In this document: piece after piece, positions 27,301 through 34,054 of the stretch
How the letters are laid out: each line of letters starts with the position of its first letter
Position numbering within the stretch: the stretch's first letter is position 1
NCBI GenBank assembly: GCA_964455075.1
Contig: CAYVUX010000001.1
Coordinates: 1-34,054 of the forward strand
DNA: 34,054 nt
Source of the DNA: an uncultured Desulfobacteraceae bacterium
GTDB taxonomy: Bacteria; Desulfobacterota; DSM-4660; Desulfatiglandales; Desulfatiglandaceae
Reading direction: 5' to 3'
Notes under the pieces: generated by a model
Databases searched by the model: none
Told to the model about the DNA's origin: nothing
What the model saw: the letters and a program-made list of their open reading frames with translations, nothing else
Made by a program: the position numbers and the translations under genes

Positions 27301-29672
27301 CCGGAAAATCCACACTGGCCTTTGATGTGCTTTTCGCCGAAAGCCAGCGCCGCTACCTGGAGAGCTTGAGCCCTTATGTGAGGCAATACCTGAAGAATCT
27401 CGAACGGCCCGACGTGGACGTGATCACAGGGCTCCCGCCCGCGGTTGCCATCGGCCAAAGAACCAGCCGGGGAGGATCGCGGTCCACCGTGGCCACGCTT
27501 GCGGAGACTTATCATTTCCTCAGGCTCCTTTACAGCAAACTCGGTACCTCCCACTGTGCCGGCTGCGGCCGGGAGATGTCAAAACAGGACCGCAAGTCGC
27601 TCAAGACGGCGGTGCAAAACCGCTATGGACGAAAAAAAGGCCTTGTGCTTGCCCCCAAAATCCTGGGGCGCAAGGGCTTCCACAAGGATGTCCTGAGCGG
27701 CGCCCTGCGAAAGGGATACAGCGAGGCAAGAATTGACGGGGAATTGAGGCGCATAGAGAAAGGCATGTCTCTGAGCCGTTACCGGGAGCACACCATCGAA
27801 ATTGTCGTGGGCGGCTTGCCTTCCAAGGATGTGGAAGCACTTGTAGATGCCGCACTCGAGGAAGGGAAGGGCACCTTTCTCGTTTGCGACAGCCGGGGGA
27901 AGGAGGAGGTGTTCAGCCTGAGCGGGGTATGCCCCGCCTGCGGGACAGGCGTCCCCGAACTCGAACCTCGGCTCTTCTCGTTCAACAGCCGGAGGGGTGC
28001 TTGCTCGGTGTGCGAAGGTTTGGGGACAAGAAACACTGCCAGTGGAAATTCCGGAGAGGTGTGTCCTGCGTGCAAGGGAGCGAGGCTGAAGCCCGAGGCC
28101 CTCTCGGTGAAGGTGGGCGGCCATTCCATCTGGGACCTGGTGAAGAAATCCGTCTCCGAACTGCCGGGAGTTCTCGGGAAACTGTCGTTTGCCCGCGGGA
28201 AAATCCCGGTGGCCGAACCCATATTGGCGGAGCTTCTTACAAGGATCTCCCTGCTCGACCGACTGGGATTGGGGTACTTGGCACTTTCGCGGAGCGGAGA
28301 ATCCCTTTCCGGGGGGGAATCGCAGAGGATACGCCTGGCGGCTCAGCTGGGTTCCAACCTTGCGGGTGCCTGCTACATTCTGGACGAACCCACCATCGGT
28401 CTTCACCCAAAAGACAATGGGCTTCTCCTTGAGGCCTTGAGGCAGCTCAGGGATCAAGGGAACTCCCTCATTGTGGTGGAACACGATGAAGAGACCATCA
28501 AGGCCGCGGACACCCTTATCGATCTCGGTCCGGGCGCGGGAAGGGAAGGGGGAGAATTGGTCGGTTTGGGCAAGCTGAAGGACCTGAAGCGCACCCGCGG
28601 TTCCTTGACGGGCGCCTGCTTCAACGGGGGGGCTCACGAAATGACGTCAAGGCTGCGGCCTTATAGGCAATGTGCGTTTGTCACGGTTCGGGAAGCCCGC
28701 GCAAACAATCTGAAGAAGATTGATGTGGGCATTCCGCTTGGGACGTTTGTTGTCATCACGGGAGTATCAGGTTCGGGCAAGTCTTCGCTCTTGCGGGAAA
28801 CGCTTTACAAGGGTCTGCGGGGTCTGCTGGGCCGACATCAGGAGGCCCCTGTTCACTGCAGAGCCATCGAGGGCTGGGAAGCTCTCGACCGAGTGCTCGA
28901 GGTGGATCATCGCCCCATCGGAAGGACGCCCCGATCCGTTCCCGCTTCCTACGTAGGATTCCTGGCCGATATTCGAAGGCTCTTTGCCGGGACGAGCGAA
29001 GCCCGGAGCCGGGGCTACACGCCCGGACGGTTTTCGTTCAATCTTTCCGGCGGGCGGTGCGAGGCGTGCAAGGGGCAGGGGAGCCTTAAGGTCGAGATGA
29101 GTTTTCTGCCCGATGTTTACGTGCATTGCGAGAGCTGTGGGGGGTGCCGATACAACGACGAGACCTTGAAGGTGACTTATAAGGGAAAGGACATCTCGGA
29201 GGTGTTGGAGTTCACTTTTGAAGAGGCAAACGCCTTTTTCCGCCCCGTGCCTACGATCAGAAAGGCCGTGGAGTTTGTGTGTGCAACCGGGTTGGGTTAT
29301 CTCCGGTTGGGCCAGCCAAGCCCCACTCTTTCGGGAGGAGAAGCCCAGCGAATCAAGCTGGCCAGGGAGTTGGTCAAGTCGGGTGGGGGGCGGACCCTGT
29401 ACATCCTCGACGAACCCAGCACAGGGCTCCATCTGGCCGATGTTGAACGGCTTATGGAAGTCCTCCAGGCCCTTGTCCATGGAGGAAACACCGTGGTGGT
29501 GATCGAGCACAATATGGAGGTGATCAAGGAGGCCGATTACATCATCGACCTGGGTCCCGGAGGAGGAGAGGCGGGCGGCCGCATCGTGGCGACGGGCTCT
29601 CCGGCGGAATTCCTGGAACTGGGACACGGCTCCCACACGGCAACATACCTTCGGCGGTATCTTTCCGGCTGA
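24351..29672 (+). CDS. tandem-duplicated UvrA-like ABC ATPase: two complete UvrA modules and four nucleotide-binding domains in one polypeptide
   Basis: The track frame starts at 24315; the likely start is ATG 24351 ([19 protein letters not shown]). There are four Walker A motifs ([10 protein letters not shown]) and four signatures ([36 protein letters not shown]). The UvrA N-terminal pattern (F[AD][12 protein letters not shown] / [14 protein letters not shown]) occurs twice, and the second module starts near nt 27205. Both modules keep all the CxxC zinc modules. Confidence 0.9.
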   Translation: MNSRTIRIKGARQHNLKNISLEIPLHCITVVTGVSGSGKSSFAFDTLYAEGQRRYVETFSSYARQFMERMDRPQVDRIQGIPPALAIDRKAPVRTSRSTVGTMTEITDYVKLIYPRLARLHCRRCGEPVRPETPEDVWLRLKGFPRGCEAIVTFPVQTFGLPTDDVVKSLLQMGFSRCLLNGELHDLAQGGLTSSAEEIQVVADRLLLRPGEAKRTKDSLEQAFRFGRGRMDVWIRDGRNKAGSVEDVDSAKRLSFSSTLECARCRISYPEPTPNMFSFNSPIGACPTCRGFGRIIDVDPDLVVPNTELSLGEGAIKPWGTGSESRMEFEDLMTFCRANGIPTHIPFRRLSEPQKRMIMDGGKGFYGVRGFFKWLEGKTYRMHVRVFLSRYRAYRRCPDCMGSRLKEEPLLYRLNGLSIAQVYELNVKQAREFFSGVKSPRGDAASRLILSEVQGRLRYLVKVGLEYLTLDRQSRTLSGGEVQRVALASSLGASLADTLYVLDEPSIGLHPRDSRRLLDILQGLSSQRNTVVVVEHDPELIAGSDVMLDLGPGAGEQGGNVMYFGPTREVAGSLTGEFLTGERRIPLPQVRRPAGSGGWLTIEGASAHNLKGIRVDIPLGCFVCLTGVSGSGKSTLAEEVLYKALKWAKGDPQGRPGEYAALTGIERVRETVLVDQRPIGRTPRANPLTYIRAMDEIRKLLAGTPEAASRNLSPTHFSFNTAEGRCKTCRGDGFEKVEMQFLSDVYVTCPDCGGTRFEKPVLEVRYHGKNIHEIFSMTGREARRFFSDRPALSRALDVLFDVGMEYVRLGQPVNTLSGGEAQRLKLSRYLKSKEEDGILFILDEPTTGLHFQDIEKLLAALQGLVDKGHTVLVIEHNMDLVKCADWVIDLGPEGGARGGEVVGRGTPEETALIKGSYTGRFLKTALRGKPRIPLHKAKTRAAPGRSGNGRERISVRGAREHNLKNLSLDIPRGRFVVLTGVSGSGKSTLAFDVLFAESQRRYLESLSPYVRQYLKNLERPDVDVITGLPPAVAIGQRTSRGGSRSTVATLAETYHFLRLLYSKLGTSHCAGCGREMSKQDRKSLKTAVQNRYGRKKGLVLAPKILGRKGFHKDVLSGALRKGYSEARIDGELRRIEKGMSLSRYREHTIEIVVGGLPSKDVEALVDAALEEGKGTFLVCDSRGKEEVFSLSGVCPACGTGVPELEPRLFSFNSRRGACSVCEGLGTRNTASGNSGEVCPACKGARLKPEALSVKVGGHSIWDLVKKSVSELPGVLGKLSFARGKIPVAEPILAELLTRISLLDRLGLGYLALSRSGESLSGGESQRIRLAAQLGSNLAGACYILDEPTIGLHPKDNGLLLEALRQLRDQGNSLIVVEHDEETIKAADTLIDLGPGAGREGGELVGLGKLKDLKRTRGSLTGACFNGGAHEMTSRLRPYRQCAFVTVREARANNLKKIDVGIPLGTFVVITGVSGSGKSSLLRETLYKGLRGLLGRHQEAPVHCRAIEGWEALDRVLEVDHRPIGRTPRSVPASYVGFLADIRRLFAGTSEARSRGYTPGRFSFNLSGGRCEACKGQGSLKVEMSFLPDVYVHCESCGGCRYNDETLKVTYKGKDISEVLEFTFEEANAFFRPVPTIRKAVEFVCATGLGYLRLGQPSPTLSGGEAQRIKLARELVKSGGGRTLYILDEPSTGLHLADVERLMEVLQALVHGGNTVVVIEHNMEVIKEADYIIDLGPGGGEAGGRIVATGSPAEFLELGHGSHTATYLRRYLSG

Positions 29673-29777
29673 CAGGCCAGGAGGGTTGGTTGCGCGCCGT
29701 GGTGAAGAGCACGGAGAAATGGGTTCGATCCTTGGTTTATATTGGAAGTTCAGGGCATTTTGTGATATTTATTTTGC

Positions 29778-30089
29778 ATGCCGCAAGCCTCAGGATCGAA
29801 AAGAGACTTGCCAAAAGTGGGGCTCTGGGATATCCGGGAGAAGACCATTCCCGGCAAGAGGTCCCATTTTGTGCGTTGGCGTGCCGAGAAGACAATCCGG
29901 CGGACTGAGAAAAAACTCAGAGCCGGTGCCTTGGCGACGAAAAGTGCGGTCATATCCGACTTTGGGCGGAGAAGCCTGCCCCAGGCAAGAACAAGGCCCG
30001 TCGATTCTGCGGGCGGGGGCGCAAATTTGCATGAAATGGCTTTTGAAAGAAGGGCGCGCACGGCCCGCCCGGCGGGATTCAGCATATGA
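29778..30089 (+). CDS. possible small, very basic protein (103 aa), hypothetical
   Basis: Its stop overlaps the next ORF's start in an ATGA arrangement (ATG 30086-30088, TGA 30087-30089). The sequence is R/K-rich (WDIREKTIPGKRSHFVRWRAEKTIRRTEKKLRAG...). There is no clear RBS and no family I recognise. Confidence 0.3.
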   Translation: MPQASGSKRDLPKVGLWDIREKTIPGKRSHFVRWRAEKTIRRTEKKLRAGALATKSAVISDFGRRSLPQARTRPVDSAGGGANLHEMAFERRARTARPAGFSI

Positions 30090-30649
30090 CGAGCCTGGAG
30101 AGCATTAATGGTCAAGGCGGGAAGGCGGCGCCGAACAGCAAGATTCTCGCAATGTGCAGGACCGCCGTGAACAAGAAACTCGGAAGCCTGGATGATCTCC
30201 CGCATGAACTGGCCAATACGGTGGTCAATATTTTTTACCGATACTTTGAAGTCTGTGTGGGCTGGGCCGGAACCAAATTGGGAGGACCTCCTGGTGGCAG
30301 CTACCATGGGGGAGACAGGGCGGGCCTTGGAGAGAAGGCGTTCATTTTTGGCGGATCCGAAACTATTGGATCTTTATACAGCAGGGCAAAGAGAGATCAC
30401 GAAGCCATCGAAAAGATGAGATATCACCTGAGACAATCAGAGCACATCGTAAAGATGGTGAGGGCGCTCCGGGGCATCGACCGGGAAAGGGAGCCCCGGG
30501 CATACGAAGCCAAGACAAAGTATATACTGGATATGATGAAGTATAAAATTAAGGATGCCAATAAAAAGTCCGATATCATTAGAGACATCGAGAGAGACCT
30601 GAACAGAAAAGAGGTAGACGAGATTCCCGATTTGTATATGCGGTTATAA
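30086..30649 (+). CDS. hypothetical protein (187 aa)
   Basis: Codon third positions look coding throughout. The C-terminal half is hydrophilic and helical (EAIEKMRYHLRQSEHIVKMVRAL...KYILDMMKYKIKDANKKSDIIRDIERDLNRKEVDEIPDLYMRL). The competing antisense ORF 29750..30307 looks like a shadow frame. Confidence 0.6.
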   Translation: MTSLESINGQGGKAAPNSKILAMCRTAVNKKLGSLDDLPHELANTVVNIFYRYFEVCVGWAGTKLGGPPGGSYHGGDRAGLGEKAFIFGGSETIGSLYSRAKRDHEAIEKMRYHLRQSEHIVKMVRALRGIDREREPRAYEAKTKYILDMMKYKIKDANKKSDIIRDIERDLNRKEVDEIPDLYMRL

Positions 30650-30705
30650 CACCGGTGCCCATGGACAGATGGCCTTCGGATACTGGGGAATCTCCCTCCG
30701 GAGAT

Positions 30706-30732
30706 GAAAAATGGGCGCTAATTAGTGCCCAT
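30706..30732 (-). terminator. intrinsic terminator at the 3' end of repeat copy 2
   Basis: The minus strand reads AUGGGCAC-UAAUUA-GCGCCCAU followed by UUUUC. Seven of eight stem positions pair and the core is GC-rich. Confidence 0.6.
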
Positions 30733-30980
30733 CCACACGAATCATTTTTGGGCACTTGGGAGTTTCCGATTCATAAATGAGAGGTTTTTCTTCGCACCCT
30801 AAAGGGTGACTCAGTCCCCATCCTGCGGGCGGGTCCCCAGTTTCGCAAGGTCAAGGAACACAAGGAGTTACGCGTCCCGTCCGCAGGACGGGAACAAGGA
30901 ACTCCGCTGTTTGACGCCGACCTGTCCCGACGAAGACGGGGGATTGCGGAAAAGGGCCATTTATGGATGGAAACTAATTA
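30706..30980 (-). ncRNA. candidate structured non-coding element, copy 2 (stand-alone, terminated); unknown family
   Basis: It is the inverted homolog of 3222-3526. It has the same closing helix (GTTTCCATCCATAAATG with CATTTATGAATcGGAAAC on the minus strand) and the same conserved blocks. It lacks one palindrome arm and ends in the terminator at 30706-30732. I see no convincing promoter upstream, so the strand is inferred from the terminator and from copy 1. Confidence 0.45.
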
Positions 30981-30981
30981 C

Positions 30982-31024
30982 TTTTCCAGCCGGGTCCCGC
31001 CGTCGGCGGGACCCGGCTGGAAAA
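30982..31024. repeat. perfect 20-bp GC-rich palindrome with a 3-nt loop
   Basis: The sequence is TTTTCCAGCCGGGTCCCGCC-gtc-GGCGGGACCCGGCTGGAAAA. It lies between the 5' end of copy 2 and the RBS of the 31042 gene. It shares the CGGGTCCC core with the palindrome arms at 3370-3438. Confidence 0.9.
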
Positions 31025-31041
31025 CGGACAGGAGAAGACGA

Positions 31042-31650
31042 ATGCTGCTGCCCCAAGGGGAACATATCTGGAAGAATATGAGCGCCTCTTTTGTGGATAT
31101 GGATGAGCTGCTTTTTTTTCTTAAGAGGGATGACTTTGTGGGATATCTCAACCTGAAATTCCCGGACAGGCAGGGAGTCGTTTTCCTTCAGGAAGGCGAT
31201 CTTGTCAATGGAGTCGAGCAGAGGAAAAATGAAAGGAGGGGCGGCAAAGGAGTCGTTACAGGGATCCTGGAGCAATCAAGACGTGAGAGTGACGGGTGGA
31301 TTACGGTTTCGAAACTGACCCCCCGGAGCGTTTCCGTTCTTGCCGATGTGCTGTGCATGTCGGTGGTGATTCTTCACAAGGGGCTTTCTTCCGACTTTTC
31401 AGACCTAGAAAAATTCGTGGGCAAGCTCAGAAAAGAGGGTTTTCACGGATATATTGAGACCCGCCTTTCACGAGGTGGGCAGGAAGGACTCATCGCGCTT
31501 GATCAGGGAAAAGTCAAGGCCATTTTGACTTCGGATATGCAGCTCGTCTCAATGCGGGAAAACCAGGCCGAGCTGGACTTCATGTTTTCGAAAATTATTG
31601 AGGCGACAAAAAAGTCGGAAGCGCTTTTTGATGTCTTTGTTGCCGTTTAA
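31042..31650 (+). CDS. hypothetical protein (202 aa) with two internal DUF4388-like repeats (assigned by eye)
   Basis: ATG 31042 lies 6 nt after AGGAGA (31030-31035). The track start at 30967 lies inside repeat copy 2 (the palindrome follows at 30982-31024). The repeated pattern is FVGYLNLKFPDRQGVVFLQEGDLVNGV and FHGYIETRLSRGGQEGLIALDQGKVKAIL. Confidence 0.6.
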   Translation: MLLPQGEHIWKNMSASFVDMDELLFFLKRDDFVGYLNLKFPDRQGVVFLQEGDLVNGVEQRKNERRGGKGVVTGILEQSRRESDGWITVSKLTPRSVSVLADVLCMSVVILHKGLSSDFSDLEKFVGKLRKEGFHGYIETRLSRGGQEGLIALDQGKVKAILTSDMQLVSMRENQAELDFMFSKIIEATKKSEALFDVFVAV

Positions 31651-31665
31651 ACGAAGATGTGCTGT

Positions 31666-31977
31666 CTATTTCTCCAGGAATTTCAGCCCGCCGATGGCCA
31701 GGCAGACCATCGCAATGATCTTGAAGACCACGTGGACCGTATAACCGGTTACCAAACCATAGTTTGGAACCAGGAAAAGCGCTGCGTCGGCCACGAGGAA
31801 CAGGCCGATCGTGGCGATAACAAGGTTGATGGTCTTTTCAATAATTCCGCCCGTGTACTTGGACCTGGCATAGTAGAAAACGAAGAGAATTACTACGTAG
31901 ATCGCGAGCGTAAGGAAAATCAATATTGCACCTGTCTCCTTAAACTTTCCCAGGAAATCCAACCCTACTGAATTCAT
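31666..31977 (-). CDS. small integral membrane protein (103 aa, about 3 TM segments)
   Basis: AGGAGGA lies upstream of the ATG. The hydrophobic segments are AILIFLTLAIYVVILFVFYY, LVIATIGLFLVADAALFLV and VVFKIIAMVCLAIGGL. The gene starts 15 nt downstream of the 508-aa ORF. Confidence 0.65.
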   Translation of the reverse strand: MNSVGLDFLGKFKETGAILIFLTLAIYVVILFVFYYARSKYTGGIIEKTINLVIATIGLFLVADAALFLVPNYGLVTGYTVHVVFKIIAMVCLAIGGLKFLEK

Positions 31978-31992
31978 ACGGTCCTCCTGTCA

Positions 31993-33519
31993 TCACCTGT
32001 AATTTTCTATAATCTCGTCCAAAATTTCCATAGACCGACTTCTCAATACAGTGTGTTCAAGGGTTTTGTCAGAAAAAGTCTCCATATCTGATCTGATGAT
32101 CCGTATTTTTTCTATGGCGTCCTTGGTCAAAACCGATCCGAGGATTTTTTTGGACGCATCGAGAATATTGATGAACAGGCCGTAAAACGCCTCCAGGAAG
32201 ACATGCCTCTGATCCGGGGAAGGAAAGTAGGAGGCGATATTCCTCAGGATAGTATTCGCGTCAAGTGAACCGGGCTCTTCAAGAGCGACATTAACGAACA
32301 CGACTTTGTAATCCGGGTGCAAATCCTTTCGGGCTTTCTCCACAATCTCCTTGCCCCGTGCCCCGATCTGGCGGAAAAGCTCAGATGTTATAATTTGATA
32401 AATTTGGAAAAGTGTTTTCAGGATCCTGGAAAGACGTTGGAACTCTTTGTCCTCATATTCCCCGACCTCTTTCGTCTTTCTGACGAGGCCCAAAGAACTG
32501 AGCCGGTACAGGATGTTCATGACGGAGACTTCTTCGGCACCGCTAAAAAGGATCAATTGCTCTATATTTCGGGTTCCGTCTATCAAAGAAAGGATAAATT
32601 TTTCATTGGCGTTGAGCTGCTCCTTCACAGCCTTTCTGCCGTCCTTCACATAAGGCGAAGGCCGGAATATAATCCTGTTGTCAGGGACCTCCCGCTTGAA
32701 TTTGGAAAAGTTGAATCCCCTCTTTGCCGCCATGAGTGCAGCCTTAAGAGGCGTGTATTTGACAACATTTTCTGATGGGACGTCTTTTTCCAAAAAGTAG
32801 AAGTGACCGGACTTCCAGAAAAAAGTGTCGCTTAGAATCTCCTCGATCTGAAGGGCGAGAAGATCCTCAAGCGTGTTTGAAGTAATTACTCCCTTCTCGA
32901 CCAGGTACGTGCCAAGCCTTTTCCCCGAAAGTCTGGATTGCTTCGCCAGGTCCTCCAATTCATTCGGCTTCAGCTTGCCTTGCCTCAAGATGAAGCGGCC
33001 TATCCTCTCCTCTTTTCGCGTGGTAGCGGCAAAGACAATCAAACCATTCTGGAAGATAACCTTCTTTGAAGCCTCCTCTGTCTTGACCAGGGCTACCCCC
33101 GTACTCTTGTTCACATAGATCGCATAGAGGAAAAACAGAAACGGAATCTCCTGGATCATGCTGCCGAAAAACAGCCGCCCTCCCGCGGGTTTAAAATTTA
33201 TGGGCTCACTGAATTTGCTCCTGCTCGCCGCAATCCACTCCTCAATGGCCCTGCCGAAGTTATGCTCCTGGTAATGCCGGGTGCCGCTTTGAAGGTGCTC
33301 GAAAAATGCATTGGAAGGGAAGTTGCTCCTCTTCAGGACTTGAATTTTCAAGGCGGGCTCCTCTATTCGTTTGGATTGCGCGTTGGTTTGACGGTCCGGG
33401 TAAGCTCCGGGCAAACAAAAAGCCTCTCCAACAGCAGATTTAATTATCGGACGAGTTCCGAAGTTAATGAAGGGAACTCTCCCAAAGCAATGCTCTGGCG
33501 GCTTCCCAGGGAAAGTCAA
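31993..33519 (-). CDS. DUF4388 (PATAN-like) and T2SSE-N/MshEN-like domain protein, hypothetical
   Basis: The DUF4388-type pattern is GSMIQEIPFLFFLYAIYVNKSTGVALVKTEEASKKVIFQNGLIVFAAT. The MshEN-like segment is RLGTYLVEKGVITSNTLEDLLALQ. An alternative start is TTG 33351, preceded by GAGGAG and a 6-nt spacer (453 aa). Confidence 0.7.
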   Translation of the reverse strand: MTFPGKPPEHCFGRVPFINFGTRPIIKSAVGEAFCLPGAYPDRQTNAQSKRIEEPALKIQVLKRSNFPSNAFFEHLQSGTRHYQEHNFGRAIEEWIAASRSKFSEPINFKPAGGRLFFGSMIQEIPFLFFLYAIYVNKSTGVALVKTEEASKKVIFQNGLIVFAATTRKEERIGRFILRQGKLKPNELEDLAKQSRLSGKRLGTYLVEKGVITSNTLEDLLALQIEEILSDTFFWKSGHFYFLEKDVPSENVVKYTPLKAALMAAKRGFNFSKFKREVPDNRIIFRPSPYVKDGRKAVKEQLNANEKFILSLIDGTRNIEQLILFSGAEEVSVMNILYRLSSLGLVRKTKEVGEYEDKEFQRLSRILKTLFQIYQIITSELFRQIGARGKEIVEKARKDLHPDYKVVFVNVALEEPGSLDANTILRNIASYFPSPDQRHVFLEAFYGLFINILDASKKILGSVLTKDAIEKIRIIRSDMETFSDKTLEHTVLRSRSMEILDEIIENYR

Positions 33520-33704
33520 GAATATAACTCTCCGATTGGAGGATTCCTTTCACTTCCCTTGGGCGGAGCTTTCTGGTTGTTAATGCTTATGATTTGTCCG
33601 AATTTTAGACCCCACAGCGGAACTATATGAGACGAACCAAGCATTGTCAATCGTTTGCGTGTTTTTTCCAATGCGGAAGGAATGGCTCCGGCAAAGAGGC
33701 TATG

Positions 33705-34054
33705 TCAGTAGTTTAGAATCTCCCCGTGAACATCGAAAATGTAGGCGATCAAGGCGGCGCGGGTCCACATGCCGTTTCTCTCCTGTCGCCAATACATGGC
33801 TCTCGGATCCGAATCAATGACCACATCAATTTCGTCTCTTCTGGGAAAGGGATGCATGACCACCGCGTTCGGTCGTACACGCGACATGATGGGAACCGTC
33901 AGCTTAAACTTCGAGATGTCGGTCCTTGCGGAGTCTCCACGGACCTCGTCGTGCTCATCCTGAATCCGGGTCATGTAGATGGCGTCGGCCTCGTGAACCA
34001 CGTTTTCCAGAGATTCGGTCTCAATGACGCATAGGATCTCTTGGCGTTCCAGGA
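33705..34054 (-). CDS. pyrB: aspartate carbamoyltransferase catalytic chain, C-terminal part (the gene continues past the right edge)
   Basis: The frame is open to the window end (…VIETESLENVVHEADAIYMTRIQ...). It has the HPxPR motif (VMHPFPRRDEI) and the tail ...YWRQERNGMWTRAALIAYIF. Confidence 0.8.
   Translation of the reverse strand, partial: LERQEILCVIETESLENVVHEADAIYMTRIQDEHDEVRGDSARTDISKFKLTVPIMSRVRPNAVVMHPFPRRDEIDVVIDSDPRAMYWRQERNGMWTRAALIAYIFDVHGEILNY

Noticed and set aside
29750-30307. A 185-aa minus-strand ORF downstream of copy 2 as the gene controlled by the copy 2 terminator
   Set aside because: It starts ~400 nt after the terminator. It overlaps the better-supported plus-strand ORFs (ATGA-coupled pair), and its sequence looks like an antisense artefact (R/S/A-rich, no motifs).
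30725-30745. CCATCCACA / TGTGGATGG motifs as DnaA boxes
   Set aside because: Only 7/9 positions match TTATCCACA. There is no clustering and no AT-rich unwinding element, and the neighbouring genes are not typical of an origin.
3222-30980. The inverted copies as the boundaries of a mobile element or genomic island
   Set aside because: The intervening genes are core housekeeping (lysS, lolCD, bamA, lpx cluster, hisGI, rlmN). They have uniform composition and there are no integrase, transposase or tRNA attachment sites.
1-34054. CRISPR arrays, tRNA/rRNA genes, and prophage or defence-island genes
   Set aside because: There are no regularly spaced direct repeats. I saw no tRNA-like T-arm or acceptor patterns in the intergenic regions. 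No nuclease, methylase, integrase or phage structural genes are recognisable in any frame.

Overview
This is a chromosomal window of about 57% GC from a Gram-negative bacterium. The gene content (LpxI, a sigma54 response regulator, a methanogen-type ThyA-like gene) resembles a deltaproteobacterium or Thermodesulfobacteriota-type anaerobe, but that is only an inference. The core is a long plus-strand housekeeping array for outer-membrane biogenesis: lysS, lolC/E-like permease, lolD, bamA, skp, lpxD, fabZ, lpxA, lpxI, a Gfo/Idh/MocA oxidoreductase, lpxB, and then an NtrC-type sigma54 activator. A minus-strand block follows: engB, a class I aminotransferase, hisG-hisI, rlmN, a ThyA-like gene, an ADP-ribosylglycohydrolase and a small membrane protein. 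After that come a 1785-aa tandem-duplicated UvrA-like protein with four ABC ATPase domains, two small ATGA-coupled ORFs, a DUF4388-like gene cluster and the 3' part of pyrB. On the left are an acetoacetyl-CoA synthetase and a gene missing from the ORF track that runs off the edge. I found no rRNA, tRNA, CRISPR array, transposase or integrase. The most interesting signal is non-coding. Two diverged, inverted copies of a ~270-nt element (3222-3526 and 30706-30980) share a 5'/3' closing helix and a hairpin whose structure is kept while its sequence differs. Copy 1 sits between a near-consensus sigma70 promoter and the lysS start codon. Copy 2 stands alone and ends in an intrinsic terminator that competes with an alternative helix. 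I could not match the element to any RNA family I know. Long perfect GC-rich palindromes are embedded in or next to both copies, and a 17-nt piece recurs in the skp-lpxD spacer.
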